Positions 12,501-17,688 of a stretch of DNA of 64,000 bases are shown here, one piece after another. The stretch is from assembly GCA_965206945.1 (NCBI GenBank), contig OZ242251.1, positions 110,549 to 174,548 on the forward strand, given 5' to 3'. The position numbers were made by a program, and so were the translations under genes. Position 1 is the stretch's first letter. The number at the start of each line of letters is the position of its first letter. This DNA is from an uncultured Pseudohongiella sp. Lineage in GTDB: Bacteria > Pseudomonadota > Gammaproteobacteria > Pseudomonadales > Pseudohongiellaceae. Below the pieces are notes generated by a model. The model was not told the DNA's origin. It worked only from the letters and a program-made list of their open reading frames with translations, and did no database searches.

Positions 12501-15500
12501 ATGGGCCAGCTTCGACACCGCAACCGGGGCCTTGACCGGGACGCCCGCCAACGCCGATGTCGGCAACCACGCGGGCATCGTGATCAGCGTCACCGATGGC
12601 ATCATCGCCACGCCAGTAGCGCTGCCCGCCTTTGCTATCGCCGTCACCAACACCAATGACGCGCCGACCTCGAGCGGGCTGACGGTCTCGACCCAAGAGG
12701 ATACCGCCCACAGCTTTGCGGCAGGCGAGTTCAACTTTGCCGATGTGGACGGCGATGCCCTGCACAGCCTGCGCATCGACACGCTGCCCGCCACCGGCAG
12801 CCTGACCCTTGACGGCGCTGTCGTGACCGCCGGGGATGTGATCCCCGCCGCCGGGATCGCGAACCTTGTCTATACCCCGGCTGCCAATGCCACCGGCGAT
12901 GTCAGTTTCACCTTCAGCCTGTCCGACGGCACCGCCTTTGGTGCAACCGCCACGGCCACCGTCACCGTGATCGGGGAGAATGACCCGCCGACCTCAAGCG
13001 GACTGGCGGTCTCGACAGATGAGGATACCGCCCACAGCTTTGCGGCAGGCGAGTTCAACTTTGCCGATGTGGACGGCGATGACCTTGACAGCCTGCGCAT
13101 CGACACGCTGCCCGGTAGCGGCAGCCTGACCCTCGACGGCACTGCGGTGACCGCGGGGGATGTGATCGTTGCCGCTGGTATCGCGAACCTTGTCTATACC
13201 CCGGCCACCAATGCCACCGGCGATGTCACCTTCACCTTCAGCCTCAACGACGGCACCGCCTTTGGCGCAACCGCCACGGCGACCGTCAGCATCGGCGCGG
13301 TCAATGACGCGCCCACCCTCAGCGGCACGCCCGCCACCAGCGTGGCCGAAGACAGCGCCTACAGCTTCACGCCAAGCGGCGAGGATGCGGATGGCGACAC
13401 GCTGACCTGGGCGATCACAAACATGCCTTCATGGGTCAGCTTCGACACCACAACCGGGGCCTTGACCGGCACGCCCGCCAACGCCGATGTCGGTGACTAC
13501 GAGGACATCGTGATCAGCGTCACCGATGGCATCGCCACGCCAGTAGCGCTGCCGGCCTTCGATATCGCCGTCACCAACACCAATGACGCGCCGACCTCAA
13601 GCGGGCTGGCGGTCTCTACGCAAGAGGATACCGCCCACAGCTTTACAGCGGGCGAGTTTACCTTTGCCGATGTGGACGGCGATGCCCTGCACAGCCTGCG
13701 CATCGACACGCTGCCCGCAACCGGCGCCCTGACCCTTGATGGTAATGTCGTAACCGCAGGGGATGTGATCCCCGCCGCCGGGATCGCGACCCTGGTCTAT
13801 ACCCCGGCTGCCAATGCCACCGGCGATGTCAGTTTCACCTTCAGCCTGTCCGACGGCACCGCCTTTGGTGCAACCGCCACGGCCACCGTCACCGTGATCG
13901 GGGAGAATGACCCGCCGACCTCAAGCGGACTGGCGGTCTCGACAGATGAGGATACCGCCCACAGCTTTGCGGCAGGCGAGTTCAACTTTGCCGATGTGGA
14001 CGGCGATGACCTTGACAGCCTGCGCATCGACACGCTGCCCGGTAGCGGCAGCCTGACCCTCGACGGCACTGCGGTGACCGCGGGGGATGTGATCGTTGCC
14101 GCTGGTATCGCGAACCTTGTCTATACCCCGGCCACCAATGCCACCGGCGATGTCACCTTCACCTTCAGCCTCAACGACGGCACCGCCTTTGGCGCAACCG
14201 CCACGGCGACCGTCAGCATCGGCGCGGTCAATGACGCGCCCACCCTCAGCGGCACGCCTGCCACCAGCGTGGCCGAAGACAGCGCCTATAGCTTTACGCC
14301 AACCGGCGCCGACGATGATGGCGACACGCTGACCTTTGCGATCACAAACATGCCGTCATGGGCCAGTTTCAGCACCACAACCGGGGCCTTGACCGGCACG
14401 CCCACCAACGAGCATGTCGGCGACCACGAGGACATCGTGATCAGCGTCACCGATGGCATCATCGCCACACCGGTCGCGCTGCCGGCCTTTGCTATCGCCG
14501 TCACCAACACCAATGACGCGCCGACCTCAAGCGGGCTGGCGGTTACGACGCAAGAGGATACCGCCCACAGCTTTACGGCGGGCGAGTTCACCTTTGCCGA
14601 TGTGGACGGCGATGCCCTGCACAGCCTGCGCATCGACACGCTGCCCGCAACCGGCACCCTGACCCTTGATGGCGCTGCGGTCATCGTCGGGCAGGTGATC
14701 CCCGCCGCCGGGATCGCGACCCTCGTCTATACCCCGGCCGCCAATGCCACCGGCGATGTCAGTTTCAGCTTCAGCCTTTCCGACGGCACCGCCTTTGGCG
14801 CAACCGCCACGGCCACCGTCAGCATTACCGCGGAGAATGACGCGCCGACCTCAAGCGGGCTGACGGTTACGACCAAAGAGGATACCGCCCACAGCTTTAC
14901 GGCGGGCGAGTTTACCTTTGCCGATGCCGACGGCGATGACCTGCACAGCCTGCGCATCGACACGCTGCCCGCAACCGGCAGCCTGACCCTTGACGGCGCT
15001 GCGGTCATCGCCGGGCAGGTCATCCCCGCCGCCGGGATCGGGACCCTCGTCTATACCCCGGCTGCGAATGCCACCGGCGCTGTCAGTTTCACCTTCAGCC
15101 TTTCCGACGGCACCGACTTCAGCGCAACCGCCACGGCAACCGTCAGCGTGACCGCGGTGAATGACGCGCCGACCTCAAGCGGGCTGACGGTTACGACCAA
15201 AGAGGATACCGCCCACAGCTTTGCGGCAGGCGAGTTCAACTTTGCCGATGTGGACGGCGATGCCCTGCACAGCCTGCGCATCGACACGCTGCCCGCCACC
15301 GGCAGCCTGACCCTTGATGGCGCTGCGGTGACCGCAGGGGATGTGATCCCCGCCGCCGGGATCGGGACCCTCGTCTATACCCCGGCCGCGAATGCCACCG
15401 GCGAGGTCAGTTTCAGCTTCAGCCTCTCCGACGGCACCGACTTCAGCGCAACCGCCACGGCAACCGTCACCATCACCAGCAGGGCGACCGCTGGTGACAA

Positions 15501-17688
15501 CAATGCACCTATCGCAATGGCGATTGCGACACCCAATCCCGCTCCTGAGGGCGCCACCGTCACCCTGGACGGCAGGAGTAGCAGCGATCCCGAGGGCGAG
15601 GATCTGACCTATATCTGGCGCCAGATCGGTGGGCAGACTGTCGAACTGGTCGACCATACTGCCGCCATAACCACCTTCATCGCTCCCAGCGAACTGGTGG
15701 AAAATGCCGAGCTGAAGTTTGAGTTCAAGGTCAACGATGGTGTGAGCGACTCGGCAGGCAATGCCTTGGTCGTCACGGTAATCGCTGGTGACAATGACCC
15801 GCCCACCGCCGATGCCGGTGATAACCAGATTGTGGAAAAAGGCGCAGCCGTCACCCTTGACGGCAGTGGCAGTAACGATCCCGAGGGCACGATCCTGAGC
15901 TACGCCTGGTCCCAGACCCGGGGCGTGAATGTCACCCTGAATGATGCCAGCGCACAAAGCCCGACCTTCACCGCTCCAGACACAATAGCAACGGGTGACG
16001 ACGGCATACTTGTGTTCAGCCTGGTTGTCACCGAAGCCGGCGCGGGCGGGCTCTCCTCTACAGCCGACAGCGTCGAAATACGCATCAGACCGCTATTCCG
16101 GGACACAGTGGGCAACCAGACCTATATCCAGGGTGTGGCCATAGCCGCCCTGGAATTGCCCACTGCGCTGGGCCGGAATAAAACCTACGCCCTGGTCAGG
16201 ACGGGGTCGGTTCCAGCTCTGCCGACCGGGCTGACATTTAATGCGGGGACACGCACATTATCCGGCACCCCGACAATATCCGGCACCTTTGACCTGATCT
16301 ACACTGTAACGGATGGGGAGGGTAGAACCGATACACTGGAATTCGCCATCAGCATCGCTACCACTGGCGAGAATGACGCACCCACCGCCAATGCCGGTGC
16401 TGACCAGACCGTCGCCGAGGGCGCCAGCGTCACCCTGAACGGCAGTGCCAGTGCCGACCCCGAGGGCGAGGATTTGACCTACGTCTGGACCCAAGTCGGC
16501 ACCGCAACGGTGACCCTGAACGGCGAGAACACTGCCACACCAAGTTTCACCGCTCCTTCCGACCTGAGCGCCACTACGTCGCTGGAGTTCTCCTTGACCG
16601 TGAACGATGGGACGAACGACTCGGCTGCCGATACCGTCACCATCACCATCACCGGCGTCAATGACCCGCCCATCGCCGATGCCGGTGCTGATCAGACCGT
16701 CACCGAGGGCGCCACCGTCATCCTGGACGGCAGCGGTAGCAGCGATCCCGAGGGTGCGAGCCTGAGCTACGCTTGGAGCCAGACCGATGGGCAGACCGTC
16801 ACCATGGAAGACGAGAACGCTGAGACAACCACCTTCACCATGCCTGTCAACCTGAGCCCCGATGCGACGCTGGTGTTCTCCTTGACCGTGAACGATGGCG
16901 TGAACGACTCTGATCCCGCTACTGTCACCATCATCGAGACAAGCCAGCCGCCTGCCCCAGGCCCCGCGCCTCCAGATAAGGGTACGCTGCGACTGGTCAA
17001 CGCGGAGGGTTTCCCTAAGAAACGCCTCACTGTAGTGGTTGGCGAAACCAGGGAAGTATTCATCAGAGGCGAAGGACCGCCGTTCTTTGTCCGCAGCAAC
17101 CCCACCAGCAAAACGACTCGGTCAATTGTTAATGGCAGAGGGCTGCGTGTTACCGGGGTGAATGCGGGTCGGGTATCGCTGCATATCGGAGGCATAAGGG
17201 GGGCTTTTACCCTTCTGCCAGTGAGGATAAAGGCGCTGCCGCCAGTGTTAAACCCTGAGGCAGACAATGGTACAGGTAGCAAGGCAGTGTTCCGGGGCGG
17301 GGCAAGCAAGGACTATGGCGACACCTACTCCAGGGATGGTAGCTTCTCGGTAGGTGAAGCGCTGGATATCCTGCTTGTGGTCACACCGCGTAGCGTCGAT
17401 GTGGGGAAGCGAGCCAATGTTATAATCGCGGCAAGGATGGCTTCCGCTCCTGAGACGGTGTGGTTACTGACGCAGTCCGGGCTGGTGGATTACGATGGCG
17501 AAACCCTGGTTCCCTACGAAGAAAACCTTGCACTGGAGGTCAATAACTTCATGAACCTCACCCCTGAGCCGGTATACACGCTGATGGGGGCTGAGTTGGG
17601 TGATTGGGAGTTGTTTATTGGCTATCAACTTGCCAGCGGTGAGTTTTTCTATCACCCACTGCCTTTGAGGATTGAGGTGCTGGAGTGA
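1..17688 (+). CDS. Giant repetitive adhesin-like surface protein, 5'-partial (at least 5,895 aa in the window). It carries cadherin-like and He_PIG/dystroglycan-type cadherin-like repeats plus PKD-like C-terminal modules.
   Basis: Frame 1 is open from base 1. Bases 1-33 encode SFTAGEFTFAD, which is the same repeat, so the GTG at 34 in the ORF track is internal. The stop is TGA at 17686-17688. Units are separated by xNDxPT linkers. D-x-D-G-D acidic motifs (FADVDGDDLDS, EDADGDPLT) recur. The motif PSWASF..TGALTGTP is typical of the putative Ig (He_PIG)/CADG domain. Confidence 0.9.
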   Translation, partial: SFTAGEFTFADVDGDALHSLRIDTLPATGTLTLDGAAVTAGQVIPAAGIGTLVYTPAADATGDVSFTFSLSDGTDFGATATATVSVTAENDAPTSSGLTVTTKEDTAHSFAAGEFNFADVDGDDLDSLRIDTLPATGSLTLDGAAVIAGDVIPAAGIDTLVYTPAANATGDVSFTFSLSDGTAFGATATATVSVTAENDAPTSSGLAVTTEEDTAHSFTAAEFTFADVDGDALHSLRIDTLPATGTLTLDGAAVIVGQVIPAAGIDTLVYTPAANATGAVSFTFSLSDGTAFGATATATVSVTAVNDAPTSSGLAVTTKEDTAHSFTAAEFTFADADGDALHSLRIDTLPATGSLTLDGAAVIVGQVIPAAGIDTLVYTPAANATGAVSFSFSLSDGTAFGATATATVSVTAENDAPTSSGLAVSTQEDTAHSFTAAEFTFADVDGDALHSLRIDTLPATGSLTLDGAAVTEGDVIPAAGIATLVYTPAANATGDVSFTFSLNDGTDFGATATATVSVTAENDAPTSSGLAVTTKEDTAHSFTATEFTFADADGDALHSLRIDTLPATGTLTLDGAAVTEGDVIVAAGIANLVYTPATNANGDVSFTFSLSDGTAFGATATATVSVTAENDAPTTSGLAVSTQEDTAHSFAAGEFNFADVDGDDLDSLRIDTLPGSGSLTLDGTAVTAGDVIVAAGIANLVYTPAANATGDVSFTFSLSDGTVFGATATATVTIGAVNDPPTTSGLAVSTQEDTAHSFAAGEFNFADVDGDDLDSLRIDTLPGSGNLTLDGTAVTVGQVIPAAGIANLVYTPAANATGDVTFTFSLNDGTAFGATATATVSIGAVNDPPTSSGLTVSTKEDTAHSFTAGEFNFADVEGDDLHSLRIDTLPATGSLTLDGAAVIVGQVIPAAGIDTLVYTPAANATGAVSFTFSLSDGTDFSATATATVSVTAVNDAPTSSGLTVTTKEDTAHSFTAAEFTFADADGDALHSLRIDTLPATGSLTLDGAAVIVGQVIPAAGIDTLVYTPAANATGAVSFTFSLSDGIAFGATATATVSIGAENDAPTSSGLTVSTQEDTAHSFAAGEFNFADVDGDDLDSLRIDTLPATGSLTLDGAAVTAGDVIPAAGIGTLVYTPATNATGDVTFTFSLNDGTAFGATATATVSIGAVNDAPTLSGTPATSVAEDSAYNFTPTGDDADGDTLTWAITNMPSWASFSTATGALTGTPANEHVGDYADIVISVTDGIIATPVALAAFAIAVTNTNDAPTLSGTPATSVAEDSAYNFTPTGDDADGDTLTWAITNMPSWASFSTATGALTGTPANEHVGDYADIVISVTDGIIATPVALAAFAIAVTNTNDAPTLSGTPATTVAEDSAYSFTPSAEDADGDTLTWAITNMPSWASFDTATGALTGTPANEHVGDHEDIVISVTDGIIATPVALPAFAIAVTNTNDAPTLSGTPATSVAEDSAYSFTPSAEDADGDPLAWAITNMPSWASFDTATGALTGTPANEHVGDYDGIVISVTDGIIATPVALAAFAIAVTNTNDAPTLSGTPATSVAEDNAYSFTPSAEDADGDPLTFAITNMPSWASFSTATGALTGTPANEHVGDYEDIVISVTDGIIAAPVALPAFDIVVTNTNDPPTLSGTPATSVAEDSAYSFTPTGEDADGDTLVYAISNIPSWASFSTTTGALTGTPTNEHVGDYEDIVISVTDGIATPVALPAFAIAVTNTNDAPTSSGLTVSTQEDTAHSFAAGEFNFADVDGDDLDSLRIDTLPGSGSLTLDGTAVTAGDVILAAGIANLVYTPATNATGDVTFTFSLSDGTAFGATATATVSIGAVNDAPTLSGTPATSVAEDSAYNFTPTGEDADGDPLTYTITNMPSWASFDIATGALTGTPVNADVGDYDGIVISVTDGIIATPVALAAFAIAVTNTNDAPTLSGTPATSVAEDNAYSFTPSAEDADGDPLTFAITNMPSWASFSTATGALTGTPANEHVGDYEDIVISVTDGIIATPVALPAFDIAVTNTNDAPTLSGTPATSVAEDNAYSFTPSAEDADGDPLAFAITNMPSWASFSTATGALTGTPANEHVGDYEDIVISVTDGIIATPVALPAFDIAVTNTNDPPTISGTPATSVAEDSAYNFTPTGEDADGDPLTYTITNMPSWASFDIATGALTGTPVNADVGDYDGIVISVTDGIIATPVALAAFAIAVTNTNDAPTISGTPATSVAEDSAYSFMPTGADDDGDRLTFAITNMPSWASFSTATGALTGTPVNADVGDYEDIVISVTDGIIATPVALPAFDIAVTNTNDAPTLSGTPATSVAEDNAYSFTPSAEDADGDPLTFAITNMPSWASFSTATGALTGTPANEHVGDYEDIVISVTDGIIATPVALPAFDIAVTNTNDAPTISGTPATSVAEDSAYSFTPSAEDADGDPLTFAITNMPSWASFDIATGALTGTPVNADVGDYDGIVISVTDGIIATPVALAPFDIAVTNTNDAPTLSGTPATSVAEDSAYNFTPSGEDDDGDTLTFAITNMPSWASFSTTTGALTGTPANEHVGDYADIVISVTDGIIATPVALPAFDIAVTNTNDAPTLSGTPATSVAEDSAYSFTPSAEDADGDPLTFAITNMPSWASFDIATGALTGTPDNDDVGDYDGIVISVTDGIIATPVALPAFDIAVTNTNDPPTTSGLTVSTQEDTAHSFAAGEFNFADVDGDDLDSLRIDTLPATGALTLDGNVVTAGDVIPAAGIATLVYTPAANATGDVSFTFSLSDGTAFGATATATVTVIGENDAPTSSGLAVSTDEDTAHSFAAGEFNFADVDGDDLDSLRIDTLPGSGSLTLDGTAVTAGDVIVAAGIANLVYTPATNATGDVTFTFSLNDGTAFGATATATVSIGAVNDAPTLSGTPATSVAEDSAYNFTPTGDDADGDTLTWAITNMPSWASFSTATGALTGTPANEHVGDYADIVISVTDGIIATPVALAAFAIAVTNTNDAPTLSGTPATSVAEDSAYNFTPTGDDADGDTLTWAITNMPSWASFSTATGALTGTPANEHVGDYADIVISVTDGIIATPVALAAFAIAVTNTNDAPTLSGTPATTVAEDSAYSFTPSAEDADGDTLTWAITNMPSWASFDTATGALTGTPANEHVGDHEDIVISVTDGIIATPVALPAFAIAVTNTNDAPTLSGTPATSVAEDSAYSFTPSAEDADGDPLAWAITNMPPWASFDIATGALTGTPANEHVGAYADIVISVTDGIIATPVALPAFDIAVTNTNDAPTLSGTPATSVAEDSAYSFTPSAEDADGDPLAWAITNMPPWASFDIATGALTGTPANEHVGAYADIVISVTDGIIATPVALPAFDIAVTNTNDPPTISGTPATSVAEDSAYNFTPTGEDADGDPLTYTITNMPSWASFDIATGALTGTPTNEHVGNYEDIVISVTDGIIATPVALPAFDIAVTNTNDAPTLSGTPATSVAEDSAYSFTPSGADDDGDSLTFAITNMPSWASFDTATGALTGTPTNEHVGDHENIVISVTDGIIATPVALPAFDIAVTNTNDPPTISGTPATSVAEDSAYNFTPTGEDADGDPLTYTITNMPSWASFDIATGALTGTPANAHVGDYEDIVISVTDGIIATPVALAAFAIAVTNTNDAPTISGTPATSVAEDSAYSFMPTGADDDGDRLTFAITNMPSWASFSTATGALTGTPVNADVGDYEDIVISVTDGIIATPVALPAFDIAVTNTNDPPTISGTPATSVAEDSAYNFTPTGEDADGDPLTYTITNMPSWASFDIATGALTGTPVNADVGDYDGIVISVTDGIIATPVALAAFAIAVTNTNDAPTISGTPATSVAEDSAYSFMPTGADDDGDRLTFAITNMPSWASFSTATGALTGTPVNADVGDYEDIVISVTDGIIATPVALPAFDIAVTNTNDPPTISGTPATTVAEDSAYNFTPTGEDADGDPLTYTITNMPSWASFDIATGALTGTPVNADVGDYDGIVISVTDGIIATPVALAAFAIAVTNTNDAPTLSGTPATSVAEDSAYSFTPTGEDVDGDRLTFAITNMPAWASFSTTTGALTGTPANEHVGDYADIVISVTDGIIATPVALAPFDIAVTNTNDAPTISGTPATTVAEDSAYSFTPSAEDADGDPLTFAITNIPSWASFDTATGALTGTPANADVGNHAGIVISVTDGIIATPVALPAFAIAVTNTNDAPTSSGLTVSTQEDTAHSFAAGEFNFADVDGDALHSLRIDTLPATGSLTLDGAVVTAGDVIPAAGIANLVYTPAANATGDVSFTFSLSDGTAFGATATATVTVIGENDPPTSSGLAVSTDEDTAHSFAAGEFNFADVDGDDLDSLRIDTLPGSGSLTLDGTAVTAGDVIVAAGIANLVYTPATNATGDVTFTFSLNDGTAFGATATATVSIGAVNDAPTLSGTPATSVAEDSAYSFTPSGEDADGDTLTWAITNMPSWVSFDTTTGALTGTPANADVGDYEDIVISVTDGIATPVALPAFDIAVTNTNDAPTSSGLAVSTQEDTAHSFTAGEFTFADVDGDALHSLRIDTLPATGALTLDGNVVTAGDVIPAAGIATLVYTPAANATGDVSFTFSLSDGTAFGATATATVTVIGENDPPTSSGLAVSTDEDTAHSFAAGEFNFADVDGDDLDSLRIDTLPGSGSLTLDGTAVTAGDVIVAAGIANLVYTPATNATGDVTFTFSLNDGTAFGATATATVSIGAVNDAPTLSGTPATSVAEDSAYSFTPTGADDDGDTLTFAITNMPSWASFSTTTGALTGTPTNEHVGDHEDIVISVTDGIIATPVALPAFAIAVTNTNDAPTSSGLAVTTQEDTAHSFTAGEFTFADVDGDALHSLRIDTLPATGTLTLDGAAVIVGQVIPAAGIATLVYTPAANATGDVSFSFSLSDGTAFGATATATVSITAENDAPTSSGLTVTTKEDTAHSFTAGEFTFADADGDDLHSLRIDTLPATGSLTLDGAAVIAGQVIPAAGIGTLVYTPAANATGAVSFTFSLSDGTDFSATATATVSVTAVNDAPTSSGLTVTTKEDTAHSFAAGEFNFADVDGDALHSLRIDTLPATGSLTLDGAAVTAGDVIPAAGIGTLVYTPAANATGEVSFSFSLSDGTDFSATATATVTITSRATAGDNNAPIAMAIATPNPAPEGATVTLDGRSSSDPEGEDLTYIWRQIGGQTVELVDHTAAITTFIAPSELVENAELKFEFKVNDGVSDSAGNALVVTVIAGDNDPPTADAGDNQIVEKGAAVTLDGSGSNDPEGTILSYAWSQTRGVNVTLNDASAQSPTFTAPDTIATGDDGILVFSLVVTEAGAGGLSSTADSVEIRIRPLFRDTVGNQTYIQGVAIAALELPTALGRNKTYALVRTGSVPALPTGLTFNAGTRTLSGTPTISGTFDLIYTVTDGEGRTDTLEFAISIATTGENDAPTANAGADQTVAEGASVTLNGSASADPEGEDLTYVWTQVGTATVTLNGENTATPSFTAPSDLSATTSLEFSLTVNDGTNDSAADTVTITITGVNDPPIADAGADQTVTEGATVILDGSGSSDPEGASLSYAWSQTDGQTVTMEDENAETTTFTMPVNLSPDATLVFSLTVNDGVNDSDPATVTIIETSQPPAPGPAPPDKGTLRLVNAEGFPKKRLTVVVGETREVFIRGEGPPFFVRSNPTSKTTRSIVNGRGLRVTGVNAGRVSLHIGGIRGAFTLLPVRIKALPPVLNPEADNGTGSKAVFRGGASKDYGDTYSRDGSFSVGEALDILLVVTPRSVDVGKRANVIIAARMASAPETVWLLTQSGLVDYDGETLVPYEENLALEVNNFMNLTPEPVYTLMGAELGDWELFIGYQLASGEFFYHPLPLRIEVLE
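3508..5196 (+). repeat. B-type coding repeat array, 282 nt / 94 aa per unit, 6 units (the last unit is 93 aa).
   Basis: NTNDAPTLSGTPATSVAED...IVISVTDGIIATPVAL units. 1689 nt = 5x282 + 279. Units 1 and 2 (3508-3789 and 3790-4071) are identical at the nucleotide level by eye. Confidence 0.9.
5197..5520 (+). repeat. Single A-type unit between two B arrays.
   Basis: NDAPTSSGLTVSTQEDTAHSFAAGEFNFADVDGDDLDSLRIDTLPGSGSLTLDG...SIGAV. It is 324 nt, in frame. Confidence 0.9.
5521..8058 (+). repeat. B-type array, 9 units.
   Basis: 2538 nt = 9x282. Unit boundaries were placed at the AAT of NDAPT/NDPPT. Confidence 0.9.
8059..8706 (+). repeat. Two A-type units.
   Basis: 648 nt = 2x324. They run NDPPTTSG...TVIGE then NDAPTSSGLAVSTDEDTAH...SIGAV. 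Confidence 0.9.
8707..12654 (+). repeat. B-type array, 14 units.
   Basis: 3948 nt = 14x282. It contains higher-order two-unit (564-nt) repeats. For example, 11224-11780 matches 6346-6902. Confidence 0.9.
12655..14511 (+). repeat. Two tandem A-A-B supermodules (927 nt and 930 nt).
   Basis: 12655-13581 and 13582-14511 have the same A-A-B order. About 450 nt are identical by eye at an offset of 927 (12871 onward versus 13798 onward). Confidence 0.85.
14512..15483 (+). repeat. Three A-type units (the last repeats before the unique C-terminal region).
   Basis: 972 nt = 3x324. Confidence 0.9.

Noticed and set aside
3508-14511. Regularly spaced near-identical 282-nt repeats that might superficially suggest a CRISPR-like or satellite array, or diversification by a diversity-generating retroelement.
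   Set aside because: The units are contiguous with no spacers, lie in one long reading frame, and encode a folded-domain-like sequence. No reverse transcriptase or template repeat is present in the window. The variable positions are not adenine-specific, so neither CRISPR nor a DGR fits.
159-15957. Dozens of 60-355 aa ORFs on the minus strand and in plus-strand frames 2 and 3 throughout the giant gene (for example 159-476, 1579-2646, 9397-10020, 15175-15957).
   Set aside because: They repeat with the same 324/282-nt periodicity as the frame-1 units and have low-complexity Ala/Gly/Arg/Pro/Ser translations. This is what stop-poor GC-rich repeats produce. They are shadow ORFs of the frame-1 CDS.
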